This document shows, piece by piece, positions 46,701 to 59,374 of a stretch of 64,000 bases of DNA. The notes beneath the pieces were generated by a model. That model was not told the origin of the DNA. It worked only from the letters and a program-made list of their open reading frames with translations, and did no database searches. The stretch comes from Guillardia theta CCMP2712 (taxonomy: Eukaryota > Protista > Cryptophyta): assembly GCF_000315625.1 (NCBI RefSeq), contig NW_005434630.1, forward strand, positions 1-64,000. Direction: 5' to 3'. The first letter of the stretch is position 1. Every line of letters starts with the position of its first letter. The position numbers were made by a program, and so were the translations under genes.

Positions 46701-47035
46701 TTTCCCGACTGACGCGACTCTGTCAACAGAACCCCAGGGATGTACATGCCAGACTGTTGACCACTCTTCTTCAGTGCGCTGACGCCTCCATCGATGACTA
46801 GATGACGCTGCTGCAGCTCCTTGATCGCTCGAGAACGACGCCTGGACGCTGCTTACGTCCTCATGCGCATGCTCACCCGCAAGCAGGAAGATTATCCGAA
46901 GTGGAGGAGGTTGTCTTGCTTGTGCTCCTTCCCCTCTTACGAGACTTTCAAAGAGTGTTGTCAGCTGTGATGCTGCAAGGACAAGCTCTGGTCGCTCGCC
47001 TTCACCGAGGAGTGCTGAAACTCGAAGATGTGTGA
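43765..47035 (+). CDS. REV1-like protein: BRCT, UBM and Rev1-CT-like C-terminus, no recognisable polymerase domain
   Basis: GDFGEYF..KIRKL, GVCVWVDGYTQP, HGGRYEHY...VTHVIA and VVRPAWI...AGELL match the REV1-type BRCT. LSQIDPDIMKELPLEIRAEL is a UBM. The C-terminus reads W...NPRDV. Confidence 0.65.
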
Positions 47036-47458
47036 AGTTTAGAGTCCGTTATCATCCCCTCTTTGGACTCAGAGATCCCTTGGGCAAACTAAGGCATGGA
47101 ACCAGCAGCTCGAAACAGAGCCGGAGACCGTTGCAGGTAAAGTGACGTCCCTTAGTCTTTGGCCCTGATCATATTCAAGGTATCGATCCCCGATACAACT
47201 TCCGAGACGAAGTTTTACTCGCTGCCTGACCTGAGGGTATTTGAGTAAAGGTTTTGTACGGAATCGCATACCCCTCCAACGACCCGAAACCGAGTATGGG
47301 AAAGGGGGTCCGAACCTTTGAAGGGGTAGCTAGACGAGGCGAGGCCGAATATGCCGAATGAGAGAGAAGAGGAGGAGAACAATGAGCGAGAGACGATAAG
47401 AAAATGGTGAAGATGGAAGGCATTCATCGTTAACAGCTGCTTGAAAAAGCTTCCCAGC

Positions 47459-49717
47459 ATGAGAGTTCTTCATCTTCCTACTTTGCAGATTTTCTTTGTG
47501 TTCCTGTCTGGGTTCAATGACCATACGAGTGTCTTGAGCCTAAACTATCACAAACTTCCAGCTTTTTTACCTCCCGTGTCTCCCAATTCAAGGATAAAGC
47601 GGCAGCATTTCAGCATTGTATGCTCCTCGCAAAAACAAGAATGGAGGATCAAGAGGTCAGAGCTTGAGGTGCAGTTGGAACAAAAGATAGAGGAGTCTTT
47701 CCGGGTAAGAAAAGCTTTAGAAAGCTTGAAGCTGAAACGTGAAGAAGAAGCCAAGGCATTAGAATGGCAATTGTTTCTGCAAAAGGTGCAGCAGGACATC
47801 GATGAGCCTGAGGTCGCCCCTTGGGAAGTCGCAGATGATCTGCAAGAGGTTGTGCAGAGCTACTTGTATAACACGTCGCTCGAGGGTGTAGATCTGGGTT
47901 ACATGAGTGTAGACCTGGGTGGAAACAAGACCGGGAAGAATATAGTGGGGAAGATGAATGAGATGGATAGAACGGTCTTGAAATCGGTATTCGACTCAGT
48001 AATTGCGGACCAGAAGAAAACGCAGACAACAAAAAAGAAGGGTGTTATGTCCGAACTCTTTCAAGGGGGAGGTTTTGGCTTGAAAGGATCCATGAAATCG
48101 GACAAACTTAACGCGCAAGGCACGTGGAGCCTGAAACGCGATGCAGTGGAGTCCTGGGTCAGACAGGAGCAGATAGCCCTGAGGAGGAAGAATCCATCGT
48201 ATGCCAAGAAGATGCTAGCTGAAAAACTGCAGAACCGAACCAAAAAGTCGATCCCATGGGAAGAGGTGAAAAGGAGAGTTGAAATGCTTCAGTATGCGAT
48301 CTTGAAAGAATCGCAACCTCAACCAAGGAAGACATCGTACAATGCAACGACTGACGACACCCTCAGAATGCCAAGGCGGAATCTCAACGTCAATGATGAG
48401 CTTGCATTCAACACTCAAGCAAGCAAAAAGGGGAAAGATGAACGAAATACCTACCAGGACATCTGGTTTGATCTCTTCGACCCAGATGAACAATTTGCAG
48501 AGTTGACTGCGACTTCCACTCGTTTTGGATTGCGATCTATGTCTGTCAAGAACAAGATCAAGACAATGCAACATGCGAGTGAAGATATGATTCAACATGC
48601 AAACAAGTGGTTGAAAAAGGAAGACAAGCTTCCGTATGAGTCGGTGAAAGACTTCCGCAAGTATGTTGCCGAGGAGTTCAACAAGTACAAGAATGAGGAA
48701 GAAATTGACGGACTGGAAGATGGAGCGAAGCAACCGTCGAGATTGATAGAGTATATGCTAAACAATGTTGACACAGACAAGTTGGATGCAAGCTACTTCG
48801 GTCTTCTTCTCGTCCCTCAGAAAGAATTCATCGAGGGGACAATGAGGAGGTGTGGCTTCCTTGTCCTGTTGTTCTTGCTGCTGACTCTCTCCTCCCTCAA
48901 GGCAAGGGTACGACATGGAACAGATCTTTTTGAGTCCAACCGATATCGAGGAGGACAACTACCGCTGGGCGGAGCTGGATTACGTAACTTGAGTTGCACT
49001 TGGGTACCTCTGTGATCAGATTGGCAGATTGCAGAGACAGATTGGCGGTTTACAAATCCTGACTTGTACGCAAGATATCAAAAGAAGAGAGATCTAGACA
49101 GTAAGTTTCCTGCAGCATATGTCATCGCTCACCCCACACTGCAGTTCAGACATTGGAATTGATAAAGCGACTGGAACGAGATACTGAAATATTATCCCTT
49201 GAGGTTTTCCTGCTTGCTGTTGACTCCAAGCTCCAGAATATGAACACACTTGGTTCAGGCTGAAATTTCTGTGCAAGAGTTCCAGGCGATCATGCTTGAT
49301 CTTGGGCAATGCCGGGTGCAAGACGACGTACCTCTCCTACATTCCTGCACGCGACTATGGACCAACACTTGATGCAGGTGATCATCTTCGAGCCAGGAGA
49401 TTGGACAAACTCGCGCGTCCTCGGGACATCAGATGACTTGGACGAGATCGTCGACGTCGGGTCTACTCTCATATTCGTCCTGCTCATGCTGTACCCCTTC
49501 ATCCCGGTATCGGAGGCACTCCTCTTCGACCCAACCTGGTAAGCATGTCGAGATGGGGGGGAGGGGAGTGAACTTAGCATTTGACAGGGTGGAGGAGAAC
49601 TTCAGGCTGGACAACTTCATGTCGTTTCTCTCCCTCCCCTACAACGTCGCCATCACCGTCTTTCAAGGCCTGCGCTTCGCCTTGGCGAACATGAACGTCG
49701 GCGACATCAACATTTAG
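47459..49717 (+). CDS. Hypothetical protein with bipartite (signal plus transit-like) leader, possibly plastid-targeted; multi-exon
   Basis: 524-aa first ORF. Hydrophobic N-terminus, then PAFLPPVSPNSRIKRQHFSIVCSS. Downstream exons run to the stop at 49717. Confidence 0.6.
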
Positions 49718-50025
49718 AAATTTTCTTTTCAAATTTCATTTGTTTCCTACCCTACAACTCATTCTTTCACGGTCATATTTTAAAATTTGAATCAAATTTT
49801 TCCCGCGTGTCACCCGTTGCCAGAGGCGAGGTAGGATGTTGTGAAAGAAAATGGGGAGAGAGGGTAGCTAGAAGGAGCTCTATCACCCACACCATGGTGA
49901 ACCACCTACAGCCACCAGAGAACAGTCTTCTGCGTTCCTTCATACAACTCTGATCTCTACCCTCCCCTCTCACTGCACTCCCTCTCTTGCTCATTCCATG
50001 CCTAAGTGGTGAATTTCGCAGGTCA

Positions 50026-51075
50026 ATGCAGCCTCGTATCACTACGATCTTTGACAAGTCTGCTGACCATGGCGCATCCGGATGTCATGCGAGCAACGGA
50101 CTGAGAAAATCTCCAGAAGATTCCAGTGAAACAAGAAAACAAACGCGAGGATCCTCCTTGTTTGAAGAAATCTTGAATGCAGATTGGAGCGACAAGAAGA
50201 AGTTGAGGGAGGAGGTTCAGGAGAAACCCTCTGGTTATCAAACGAATGTGGAATCGAATGTCAAGGCAGATCAGAAGCGTTTACAGCAAGAAGGGAACGA
50301 GCTGGAAGTAAAGGAGGTGCTCGATGATGAGAAAACGAAAGAAGAGAAATTCGAGGATTTGGAGGCAGAGGATGCAAATGAACCGGATGTCAAACTGCAG
50401 TTAATACAGCAGTCTGATTCGCAAGTGAATGATGAAGAGAAGGGCGAGGGTGCAGACCAAATGTTGGTCTCGTCCCAACTGCTCACTCAAGAATACTCTC
50501 AGCCTACACAAGATCAGCTGGAGTTGACCCAAGATTCTGTTCAACCCACCCAAGAGTATCAAGGAAACGTGTTCGAACCTCTCGTCCCCGCCTCTCAAGA
50601 GGACCTCAGGTCCAGCGAACTAGCAGAGGAGCCAACCGAGGCTGAAATGCGTCCAGGCAAGCGTAGAAGAATACGAGCAGCTCTGGATAGCAGCGATGAG
50701 GATGAAGATTCGGAATACGGGATAAAGAGGGAGGAGCAACAGGCAGAGGAACTTCCAGACCTGAGCAACTGGAGAGTTCGCATGGAACTTCTGCTAAGAA
50801 CATCGAGGATGGGCGAGCTTGCTGAGCTGTTGGGAAGAGGTGAGAGGATCCGACATTCCCTCCGGTGCTCACCAAACTTCGCTACAGACGTGGCTGCACG
50901 ATATATCAAGGCGAGAAGAGATGCTTCCGCTCTTGCGATCGAGGTAAGCTGGCGGCCAACTCGATTGGGCTGCTGAGATCATGACAGGACCTCGAGATGC
51001 CGACCTACGAGAAACTGCAGCGAATCCTCTTGATGCGAATGTGGGAGGGGCGAGACTTTAAGGTTGCAAGATGAA
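50026..51075 (+). CDS. Acidic low-complexity hypothetical protein
   Basis: ORF 49987..50976 with SQ/TQ clusters and a basic NLS-like stretch (PGKRRR). GT-AG intron at ~50945-50987, then a short terminal exon. Confidence 0.6.
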
Positions 51076-51717
51076 GATGAAGACTTTTATTCTTCCTCGA
51101 GTTTTGCAACACTTACCACCCATGTAGTACATGCCTGCAGATTCCCCTACTCACTCAGCTCATGAGCTGCTGTGCCGCCACTCACTGTCCTCGCCTGCAA
51201 AACATCGAATGTCAGCGACATGAGACCGGGATGTTAAGCCAGTAAGACGAGTGCTCCTTATCGCCACATGGCGCTTCTGCTTCAACACTCAATTCCTTGT
51301 CAACATCACGTTTCCTATCAACCGACCAGCATTGAGCTGCTCCCAAGTGGAGTCTGTAAAAATTGCACGCATACACAAGAGAACAAAACAATTAGGGCAC
51401 ATCTGGGCTCAGAGCCTTCACATGATAGGACACTTGAGTCTGCATATCAGCAGTGAGAGAAAGCAGATCAGCACACAAAATGTCACAAAGGGGCTTTGAT
51501 AGAATTGCAAAGTCGAAGCAATGCGAGCAAATCCAATCATCATCTGCTCCTGGCGGGAGCCAAGGTGAGTCGCCAACAAGTTTCTGTCCACCAGCCCCTT
51601 ACACTCAACGGCTAAAATGTTGGACGAACATTGACACGCATCGGAAAGACCGAAACCAGGTCTAATGTTTAGAGTTCGGACGTGTGCGTTGAGCGCAAAC
51701 AAGCATGCGCGAGGTAC

Positions 51718-53773
51718 TCACGGAATATTCGCTTCGAATGTTCCTTGCGCCAAATAGATTGCGGAAATCTGCTTCCCAGCAAAGAAACGACCTTGCAAAC
51801 CAGCTTGCGCCTGCCTCCAAAGTCACAAGCATCACTCGCTAATAAGCAGGTGTTATGCCTTCTGCGCGGTGTCAGTGGAATCAAAACGAACATAGACAAG
51901 TCCGTTCGGATGCTTGCGATCAGCGACAACTTGAATTACTCTACCTGGAAGAGATGTCAGGTTGTCAGATCTCGTCAAAGCACATCTTCACCGAATTTGG
52001 CCTCGCACTCTTCCTTCACATCATCTTGAATCTCAACGTGGAAATCTGGCTCAGTTTCTCTGCAGGAAATCATCACAAGATTTCCTCGATGGTCGCCACA
52101 ACTCACTTGGCAGGATCGAACATATTCACCAACACCATGAACACCGAAGGCTGTGACTGTCCATTGGGGATCGCATCTGTGCATTATCTCTCACATAGGG
52201 ATTTCACGAAAAGATTCAAACTCCTACTTGCAGGCTTGGATGGCTGTAGTGCACCACTCATGAGACTGTTAGGCACAGCGCTGGTAAGCTGTGCATCGCC
52301 ACGGGCCAACTTTTGCATCAAAGAGTGTCGAGATTGGGCCGAAACGTGAACGCCCCCGATCTCATTATCGTCAAGCATTTCTGTAGCAGGGCCACCTGAC
52401 GATGACATCGATCCTGTGTAGCCAGATCCCGCACTCTGAATGATCCGCACATTAAGAGCCTTTCCGGCAAGATCAAAGCCATTCAGGTGAGCAACAGCTT
52501 TTTGGGCATCCTGCAGAGTTCTAAAAGGAATTAGAGTCCAACAGGTAAAGTTGATAGCACTTACTTGAATTCCACCACGCCCTTTCCAGTGCTCCGTCCG
52601 TGCTCTTTGTTGATTCTCACACTCAAAACCTTTCCAAAAGGTGAAAACCTAGAGTTCTTTGTGTTAGAGGCTATTGTCTTGTATTCCCTGAGGCGGCTTA
52701 CAGGGTTTGAAGATCATCCTCAGCAATGTCCATGTGCAAATTATCCACTTGAAGTTTTGCAGGAAGATCCAACTCTCCAGCAACCTGACATTGGGACATC
52801 ACAGACTGCGATGCATCAAGAGCAAATCTTGATACCTGAGCAGCCAATCTGGCTGCTTGATTCTTCTCAGCTTGAGACGCTTGAACCACCACAGGAAAGC
52901 CACACAAAAGCTGTGTACAATAGATCGATCACCAATTCAACCAAGTGACCCAAACGATAGCAACCTGGCCTGACTTCTGCACAGCTGCTACACATTGCTC
53001 CTGCTTCTCGAATTCGACATAGGCTATACCCTTCGATCGCCTCGTCTGTGTGTCCTTGATGATTCTCACATCCACAACCTGAGATACGCAAGTTCAGCAT
53101 CGTCCTTTCACCCACAACAGACCAAACCTTTCCGGCTTCAGAGAAGAATTGGAAGAGATCTCGTTCATCGGCTTTGCGCGCTACCTACACGAAAATATGA
53201 GAACCTCTCATATGTGAAGAGGGAGAAGCCAATGCAAACACCTGCGCAACAAAAATAGTCCTCATGTCTCGATCGAACCCCTCATCATCTTTCGCAACTG
53301 ACATAGAAATTTCAAAAGAATTCATATCAGGTCTTTCAATATCGTGTACTTTGTTCTGCAGGCAGACGATCAGGAATTTCTTTCTCGTAACGATATGTCT
53401 CATCATATCGCCTCTTTTCGCCGTCATGCCTCCTTCTGTCATCGTGCTTGTCTCTGTGCCTGTCGCGGTCCCTCCTGTCCCTTGACCTGCTTCTCGACCT
53501 CTTTTTGTCCCTCGATCTGCTCCGAGAGCGATCTCTCTTGCTTCTCTTCCGATCGCTGTCCCGGTCTCGGTCGCGATCCCTGTCCCTGTCCCGATCCCTG
53601 TCCCTGTCCCTGTCCCTGTCCCGATCTCTGTCGCCATCTCTGTCTCCTCCATCCTTTTCTTTCTTCTCAGTTGGCTCTGGAGCATAAGATGCTTCTTCTT
53701 CTTCTATTCCTCCTCCTCCTCCATCTCTCCCCAGCTTCTGGTCCATGTACGCCTCTGGGTCGAACTCCGCCAT
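51718..53773 (-). CDS. RBM39: RBM39/CAPER-like splicing factor (RD/RS region, two RRMs, UHM)
   Basis: RD dipeptide repeat and RS domain (53336..53773). RDMRTIFVAQ, RRSKGIAYVEF, LNGFDLAGK, SLMQKLAR, EIQDDVKEECE.KFG, GLVYVRF and GRFFAGKQISA motifs. Confidence 0.9.
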
Positions 53774-54356
53774 TTCGCCTCTGCGCGCCTACCCCTATCG
53801 ACTACCCCCACCTCCTAACCTATGACCAATACCCCTATCTGGCCAAGGTGGTTAGTGCCCACCCACCCAATTTCCCGATACTATTGCTCGAACCTACCCC
53901 TGTAAAGAATTACCCCTGGATTCTCACATGAGAAATTGAGGTTTGGTAGGGTACGTCCTCATGATGGGAGAACAGTACCCTCTACACTCCGCATCACCTG
54001 GCAAAATTCTCTCCATGTGACCCGTACTGTACCCCTACCCCCATTGTACGTACCCCTACCCCGTGTTTCTTCAGGGTACCCTCTCGTGCAGGGGTGACAA
54101 CTGATCCTCGAGCCCTTCGAGAATTCTCTCCTCCAATCAAATTTTGAAAATTTCCCTAATAAGTTATAGCATAGCACAAAATATGCTCCTCAACATTGGA
54201 AAAGCAAGATCAGGTTTGAGAGCCGAACAAGACTGATCCGAGGGGGGCTCACCGGGCTTGAAACTCACCCGCCGGGGCCCGCCGGGCCGGCCGACAGCCA
54301 CCCGGCCGCGCTCGAACCGCTTTGGCAGGACACACAAGCAAGTTTGCTCCGCCGCC

Positions 54357-57300
54357 ATGGGCAGCTCGAGCATGTGCGGAGGAGGGGAAGGGGGAGGAGG
54401 AAACGTCACCCTGATGGTTGACATCGGAGATGTGAAGCGATTCGGACCCTCCGATTGCTTTCAAGATCTTGTTCTGCGTCCTCTGCTTGTCATAGCCATC
54501 TTGTTGTTCGTCTTCAACCATGTTCGCAGAATGTGGTATTCGGCAAGGAAGCACGAGGGGCTCAGTATGTTGGGGCTTACGATCACAGACAAGATGCAAG
54601 CTATACTTGTGATCGTTTCGTTTCTCATTACAATAGCCGATTCTTCAGAGAGGAGTTCAACGACCCGGCAACTTGCGGTCTTTGTTGCGGGAGCATGCAT
54701 GTGGTTGGGATCCTTGCTTGTGATGGTGCTAGAGAGCTCGAGGGGGCTAGCACGAGGATGGCAGATAAAGAGCTTCTGGTTGCTCTACCTGGCTGTCCTC
54801 GCAAACTCTCTGAGGCTCAAGGTCCTTCAATTCTCTTACGGTGAGGTGGTAAGCTCGGCTGGGATGCATTTACTAGTAGCGCAATGCTGTTTGGGGCTGT
54901 TGCTGGGCTTGTCTGCAGTCTTACAAAACTCCAAGACATCAGGGATTCAACTAGATGCTATCGGACCGTCTCATGCCATGGCCAACGAGGAGCAAGAGCT
55001 ACGAATATACGGGAAGATGGAGGAGGAGGACCCTCATTCCAAACTATCGCATCCTCAGAGTGACACACAATCACAAGAGTTCTCTGCAAGTTTGGGTTCT
55101 CTTTGGCTATATAGTTGGATGAATCCACTGCTGCGCAAGGGATTGAGAAAGCAGATCGATGACTCTGATCTTTCTGCCCTCCTCGGCCTGGATCGAGCCA
55201 AAGAGAACGGGGACGAGCTTTGGGCGACCTGGCAGAGAGAGCGGCAAGGGACGGAAGGCTCCCTTTCCTTGTGGAAGGCCATCGGAAAGGTCTATGGTCC
55301 GTCTTTCTGCTTCGTCATTCCGCACAGAATGGCAGGAGATCTGCTCACGTTTGTATCTCCTCTCCTGCTGCAACAGTTGTTGCAGCTGATTGAGAACGGA
55401 GAGATGGCGGAGAGAGGAGGGATGATCGATGCTGTCCTCCTCACTCTCTGCATCTTATTCTGCAAGCTCACTGAGAGCATTCTCATTCAAAACTACTTTC
55501 ATCAATGCTTCCGCGTGGGATGGCGAGTCAGGACGGCTACTGCAACCATGGTGTATCGGAAAATCTTCCGACTGTCAACACGAGGTCTTCATCTCTTCAA
55601 GACAGGACAGCTGGTGGACCTCGTTTCTATAGATGCTGTTCGACTCTGCGTTGCAGCGGGATACCTACATTATGCCTGGAGCGCGCCAATGATGGCGATC
55701 ATTGCGATTATTCTCTTGTACAACCTGCTGGGCTCCTCAGTCTTTGCAGGGTTATTCATCATGATTGTTCTCTTGCCTATCAACACTTACGTGATCAAGA
55801 AGATGCAGTTACTCAACAACAAGCTGATGGAGGCAAAGGATCGGCGAACAGAGAGCATGGACGAGGTTCTTCATGCGATCCGAGTCATCAAGGTGATTTC
55901 GCTCTGTTCACTATACAATCAGTGTGATACAATGCTGTAGCTCTTCGCATGGGAAGATTCTTTCATGGATAAGGTAGCACAAGTCCACAATCGTGCGCTA
56001 GAGATAAAAGATGTGCAGGTCCAGAAGCTGAGAGAAAAGGAAATGCTCTTGTTGCGGACGGAGGGGGTTTGGGCGGTGGCTTCAAGCTTCGTGTGGATCG
56101 GGTCTCCTCTTCTGGTGTCTCTGGCATCATTTGCTGCTTTCACTTGGAGCGGCAATGAGCTGAAACCTCACATCGCCTTCACTGCCTTGTCACTTTTCAA
56201 TGTGTTGAGAATGCCTCTCTTCGCGATCCCGCAGGTAACAAGTCACGCTCTTCCCCTGTGCTAGTCTCCCCCACTCTTCCCCCACTCTTCCGGCTGTCTT
56301 GTGTCGCTCCCTTGCCCATTGCTCGCCTGCTGATGTCGTCTCCTCTAGGCAATCAATTTCTTCATTGCTTGCAAGACAGCAATCGGACGAATCCATCCGT
56401 TCCTGTGTGCAGACGAGGTCGACCCCTGCTACTTCGAGGAAGAGCTAGGAGCATCGGACGAAGAGGAGAAGCATCCCACAGTTGTGTCCATCAAGGGAGG
56501 AGAGTTTTCATGGTGCAAGTCTGTTGCCGAAGACTCGTCCCTGCACAACCTGGGGCAGGCGGAAGAGTTGTCGAAGAGCGAGTCTCAGCGGGTTGTTGAG
56601 AAGAGGACGTTGCATGAGATCGACTTTGAGGTCAAGCAGGGTGAATTCGTCATGATATGTGGATCAGTCGGCTCAGGCAAGACGTCGCTGCTCGCTGCTA
56701 TCTTGGGGGGGATGTTGAAGAAAGAGGGTACTGTAAGGCTCAAGGGAAGCGTAGGCTACTCACCTCAGGAAGCTTGGATCATGAACGCGACTCTTCGGGA
56801 CAACGTTTTGTTCGGGAAGGAGCTCAAGCTCGATGTTTACGACTCAGTGTTGAAAGCTTGCTCCCTCGACAAAGACATTGAAATGCTCCCAGGCGGAGAT
56901 GCCACAGAGATTGGTGAGAAAGGAATCAACCTGTCGGGAGGACAGAAAGCGCGGATCGCACTGGCTCGAGCATGTTACAGTCAGGCCGACCTTTACCTTC
57001 TCGACGACCCTCTTTCTGCCGTCGATGTGCACGTGGGTAATCACATCATGTCTCAGTGCATCGGCGGCCTCCTCGCAGGGAAGACCCGCATCCTCGTGAC
57101 TCATCAGGTGCAGTACGCCGGGTTCGCCGATAGAGTTGTCTTCCTCGAGAAAGGAAGAATCATCGCAGCTGGTCGCCCGGAAGAAGTGAGGGCTGCTCAT
57201 AGCTCATGGTTTCAGGTAAAGCGCAAGAGTGGAGAGGACGTGGATGCAGCAGATGCGAAAGGAGACGCAGGAGAAGGGGCTACGGCTGTGGATTCAGAAG

Positions 57301-59210
57301 CTGGAGACGAGAAGGAAACGCCGCCTAGTAAAGGGGCTGAAACGAAGAACTCACAGACAATCCAAGCAGAGAAGAGGGAGGAAGGAGCACTAAAGCGAAA
57401 GATATGGAAAGCCTACGCCAATGCGATGGGCCTGAAGATGCTGATTTTTCTCACTTCATCCTACCTCATCTCTCAAGCCCTGCAGAGTGCGAGCGATTTC
57501 TGGTTGAGCATTTGGTCCTCCGCTGTGATTGCCAGCGAGCCGCCAGCTTCCCGCCGATCACACGGGCTGTGGCTTCTGCTTGGCAGTGAACACTCTCTCC
57601 TTGAGGTGACAGGAGAGGGGAGGATGGCGGCGGACTCAGCTTACTATCTTATGGTTTACTCGCTACTCTCCTTGATCGCAATCGTGGGGATCGGAGCACG
57701 AGCTCTTGTTGTCAACTTTGCGGTGATTCGAGCAGCCAATCGCCTTCACTCTCGCATGTTGCGCTGCATCGTTCACAGTCCAGTCCGCTTCTTCGACACG
57801 ACACCCATGGGCAGAATTCTCAATCGCTTTGGAGCTGATCAGTATGCAGCCGACAAAGAGATGCGGGAGAGTCTGGGTCAGCTTCTGCAGACGATGATGA
57901 AGGTCTTGCAGGTCATTGTCGTCGTCATGCTTGTCACTCCCACCTTCGCTGTGATTTTCCTGCTCGTGGTCCTCGTCTACTATAGAATCCAGCGAGTCTA
58001 CCGTCAGTCCTCGCGCGAGCTCAAAAGGCTGGAGTCTGTCTCCAAGTCGCCTCTACTTGCCAATCTCCGCGAGTCCATGGGAGGGATCGACACCATCAGG
58101 GCCTTCAAGATGCAAGCGACCTTCGAAGAGACCTCGGACCGATGTAACGACGCCTACACCCGCGCTTACGCTAACTCCAACACTGCGAACCGATGGCTAG
58201 GAGTCCGTCTGGAGTTCTTGGGCAACATGAGCGTCTTTTTCGCAGCGCTCTTAGCGGTCCTGCAGAGCGCGCAAGACAGGACGTCGGCTGGACTGATCGG
58301 GTTGAGCATAACCTACGCGCTGGAAGTGACGCATGCTCTCAACTGGTTTATTCGAGGGTTCAGCCAGCTGGAGACGAACTTGGTCTCTGTTGAGAGGATC
58401 GATGAGTACTCGGTCTTAGAGACCGAGCCCATTGACGAGGAAGGGACTCCTCAGCCTGCCTGGCCAAGCTCTGGGGCAGTTGAGTTTGACAATGTCGAGA
58501 TGAGGTATCGACCTGAACTAGAGCTGTCGCTCAGAGGCGTCACGTTTGCGATTGGAGGGGGGGAGAAGCTGGGAGTGGTGGGAAGGACAGGGGCAGGCAA
58601 GTCCTCCCTCGCTGTCGCCATCTTCCGGATCTGTGAATTGTCGTCCGGCAGGATATTGATCGATGGGGTGGACACGTCAACGATGAGCTTGAGGGAGCTT
58701 AGGTCTAAACTTGCGATCATCCCTCAGGACCCTGTTCTCTTCTCCGGTTCGATCCGCTACAACGTCGATCCTTTCCAAGAGTACAGCGACGGAGAGGTGT
58801 GGGAAGCGCTGAGAAAGGTTCACCTTGACGAGTACGTGCGGCACTCGGAGGGATCCGAGGGTCTGGAGTTGCAGGTTGCGAGCGGGGGAAGCTCGTTGAG
58901 CGTGGGTCAAAGGCAGCTGCTGTGCTTGGCCCGAGCGCTGATGCGGAGGTCCAAGGTGATGGTGATGGACGAGGCGACAGCAAATGTGGACCTCAAGACT
59001 GATGAGGAGATCCAAGAGATCATCCGCGAGAACCTGCAGGGAAGCACAGTGATCACAGTCGCTCATCGCTTGAACACAGTCATGAAGAGCGATAAAATTC
59101 TGGTGATGTCTGCGGGAAAAGTCGGAGAGATTGGTGATCCAGGAGAACTGATTGCAAATGAAGACTCACTGTTCTCGAGGCTCTGCAAGGACACCAAGCT
59201 CAACAAATAA
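54357..59210 (+). CDS. ABCC/MRP-type full ABC transporter with N-terminal TMD0
   Basis: Two NBDs (GSVGSGKTS / LSGGQKAR / YLLDD; GRTGAGKSS / LSVGQRQL / VMDEATA), FFDTTPMGRILNRF, SRELKRLES; three short introns near 55893-56350. Confidence 0.96.
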
Positions 59211-59374
59211 TCCTTTCATCCTTGTTTTCATCCTTCTATTCATCTGTAATCTTGTCCGCAAGGTTTTCGCCGCAAAAGGGTATTTTTCTTAGTAAAGCCA
59301 CGTAGGGTGGTTCACTGTCATCGTCCTCTTCCTCCACGGTAGTTTGCTGGATTCCTGGTTGAGGCTTGTCATCA

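Noticed and set aside
51251-51702. Short ORFs between the acidic protein and RBM39
   Set aside because: No motifs; the region lies between convergent genes and is probably 3' UTR.
53540-53645. (GACAGG)n hexamer repeat as an independent element
   Set aside because: It encodes the RD dipeptide tract normal for RBM39-type splicing factors.
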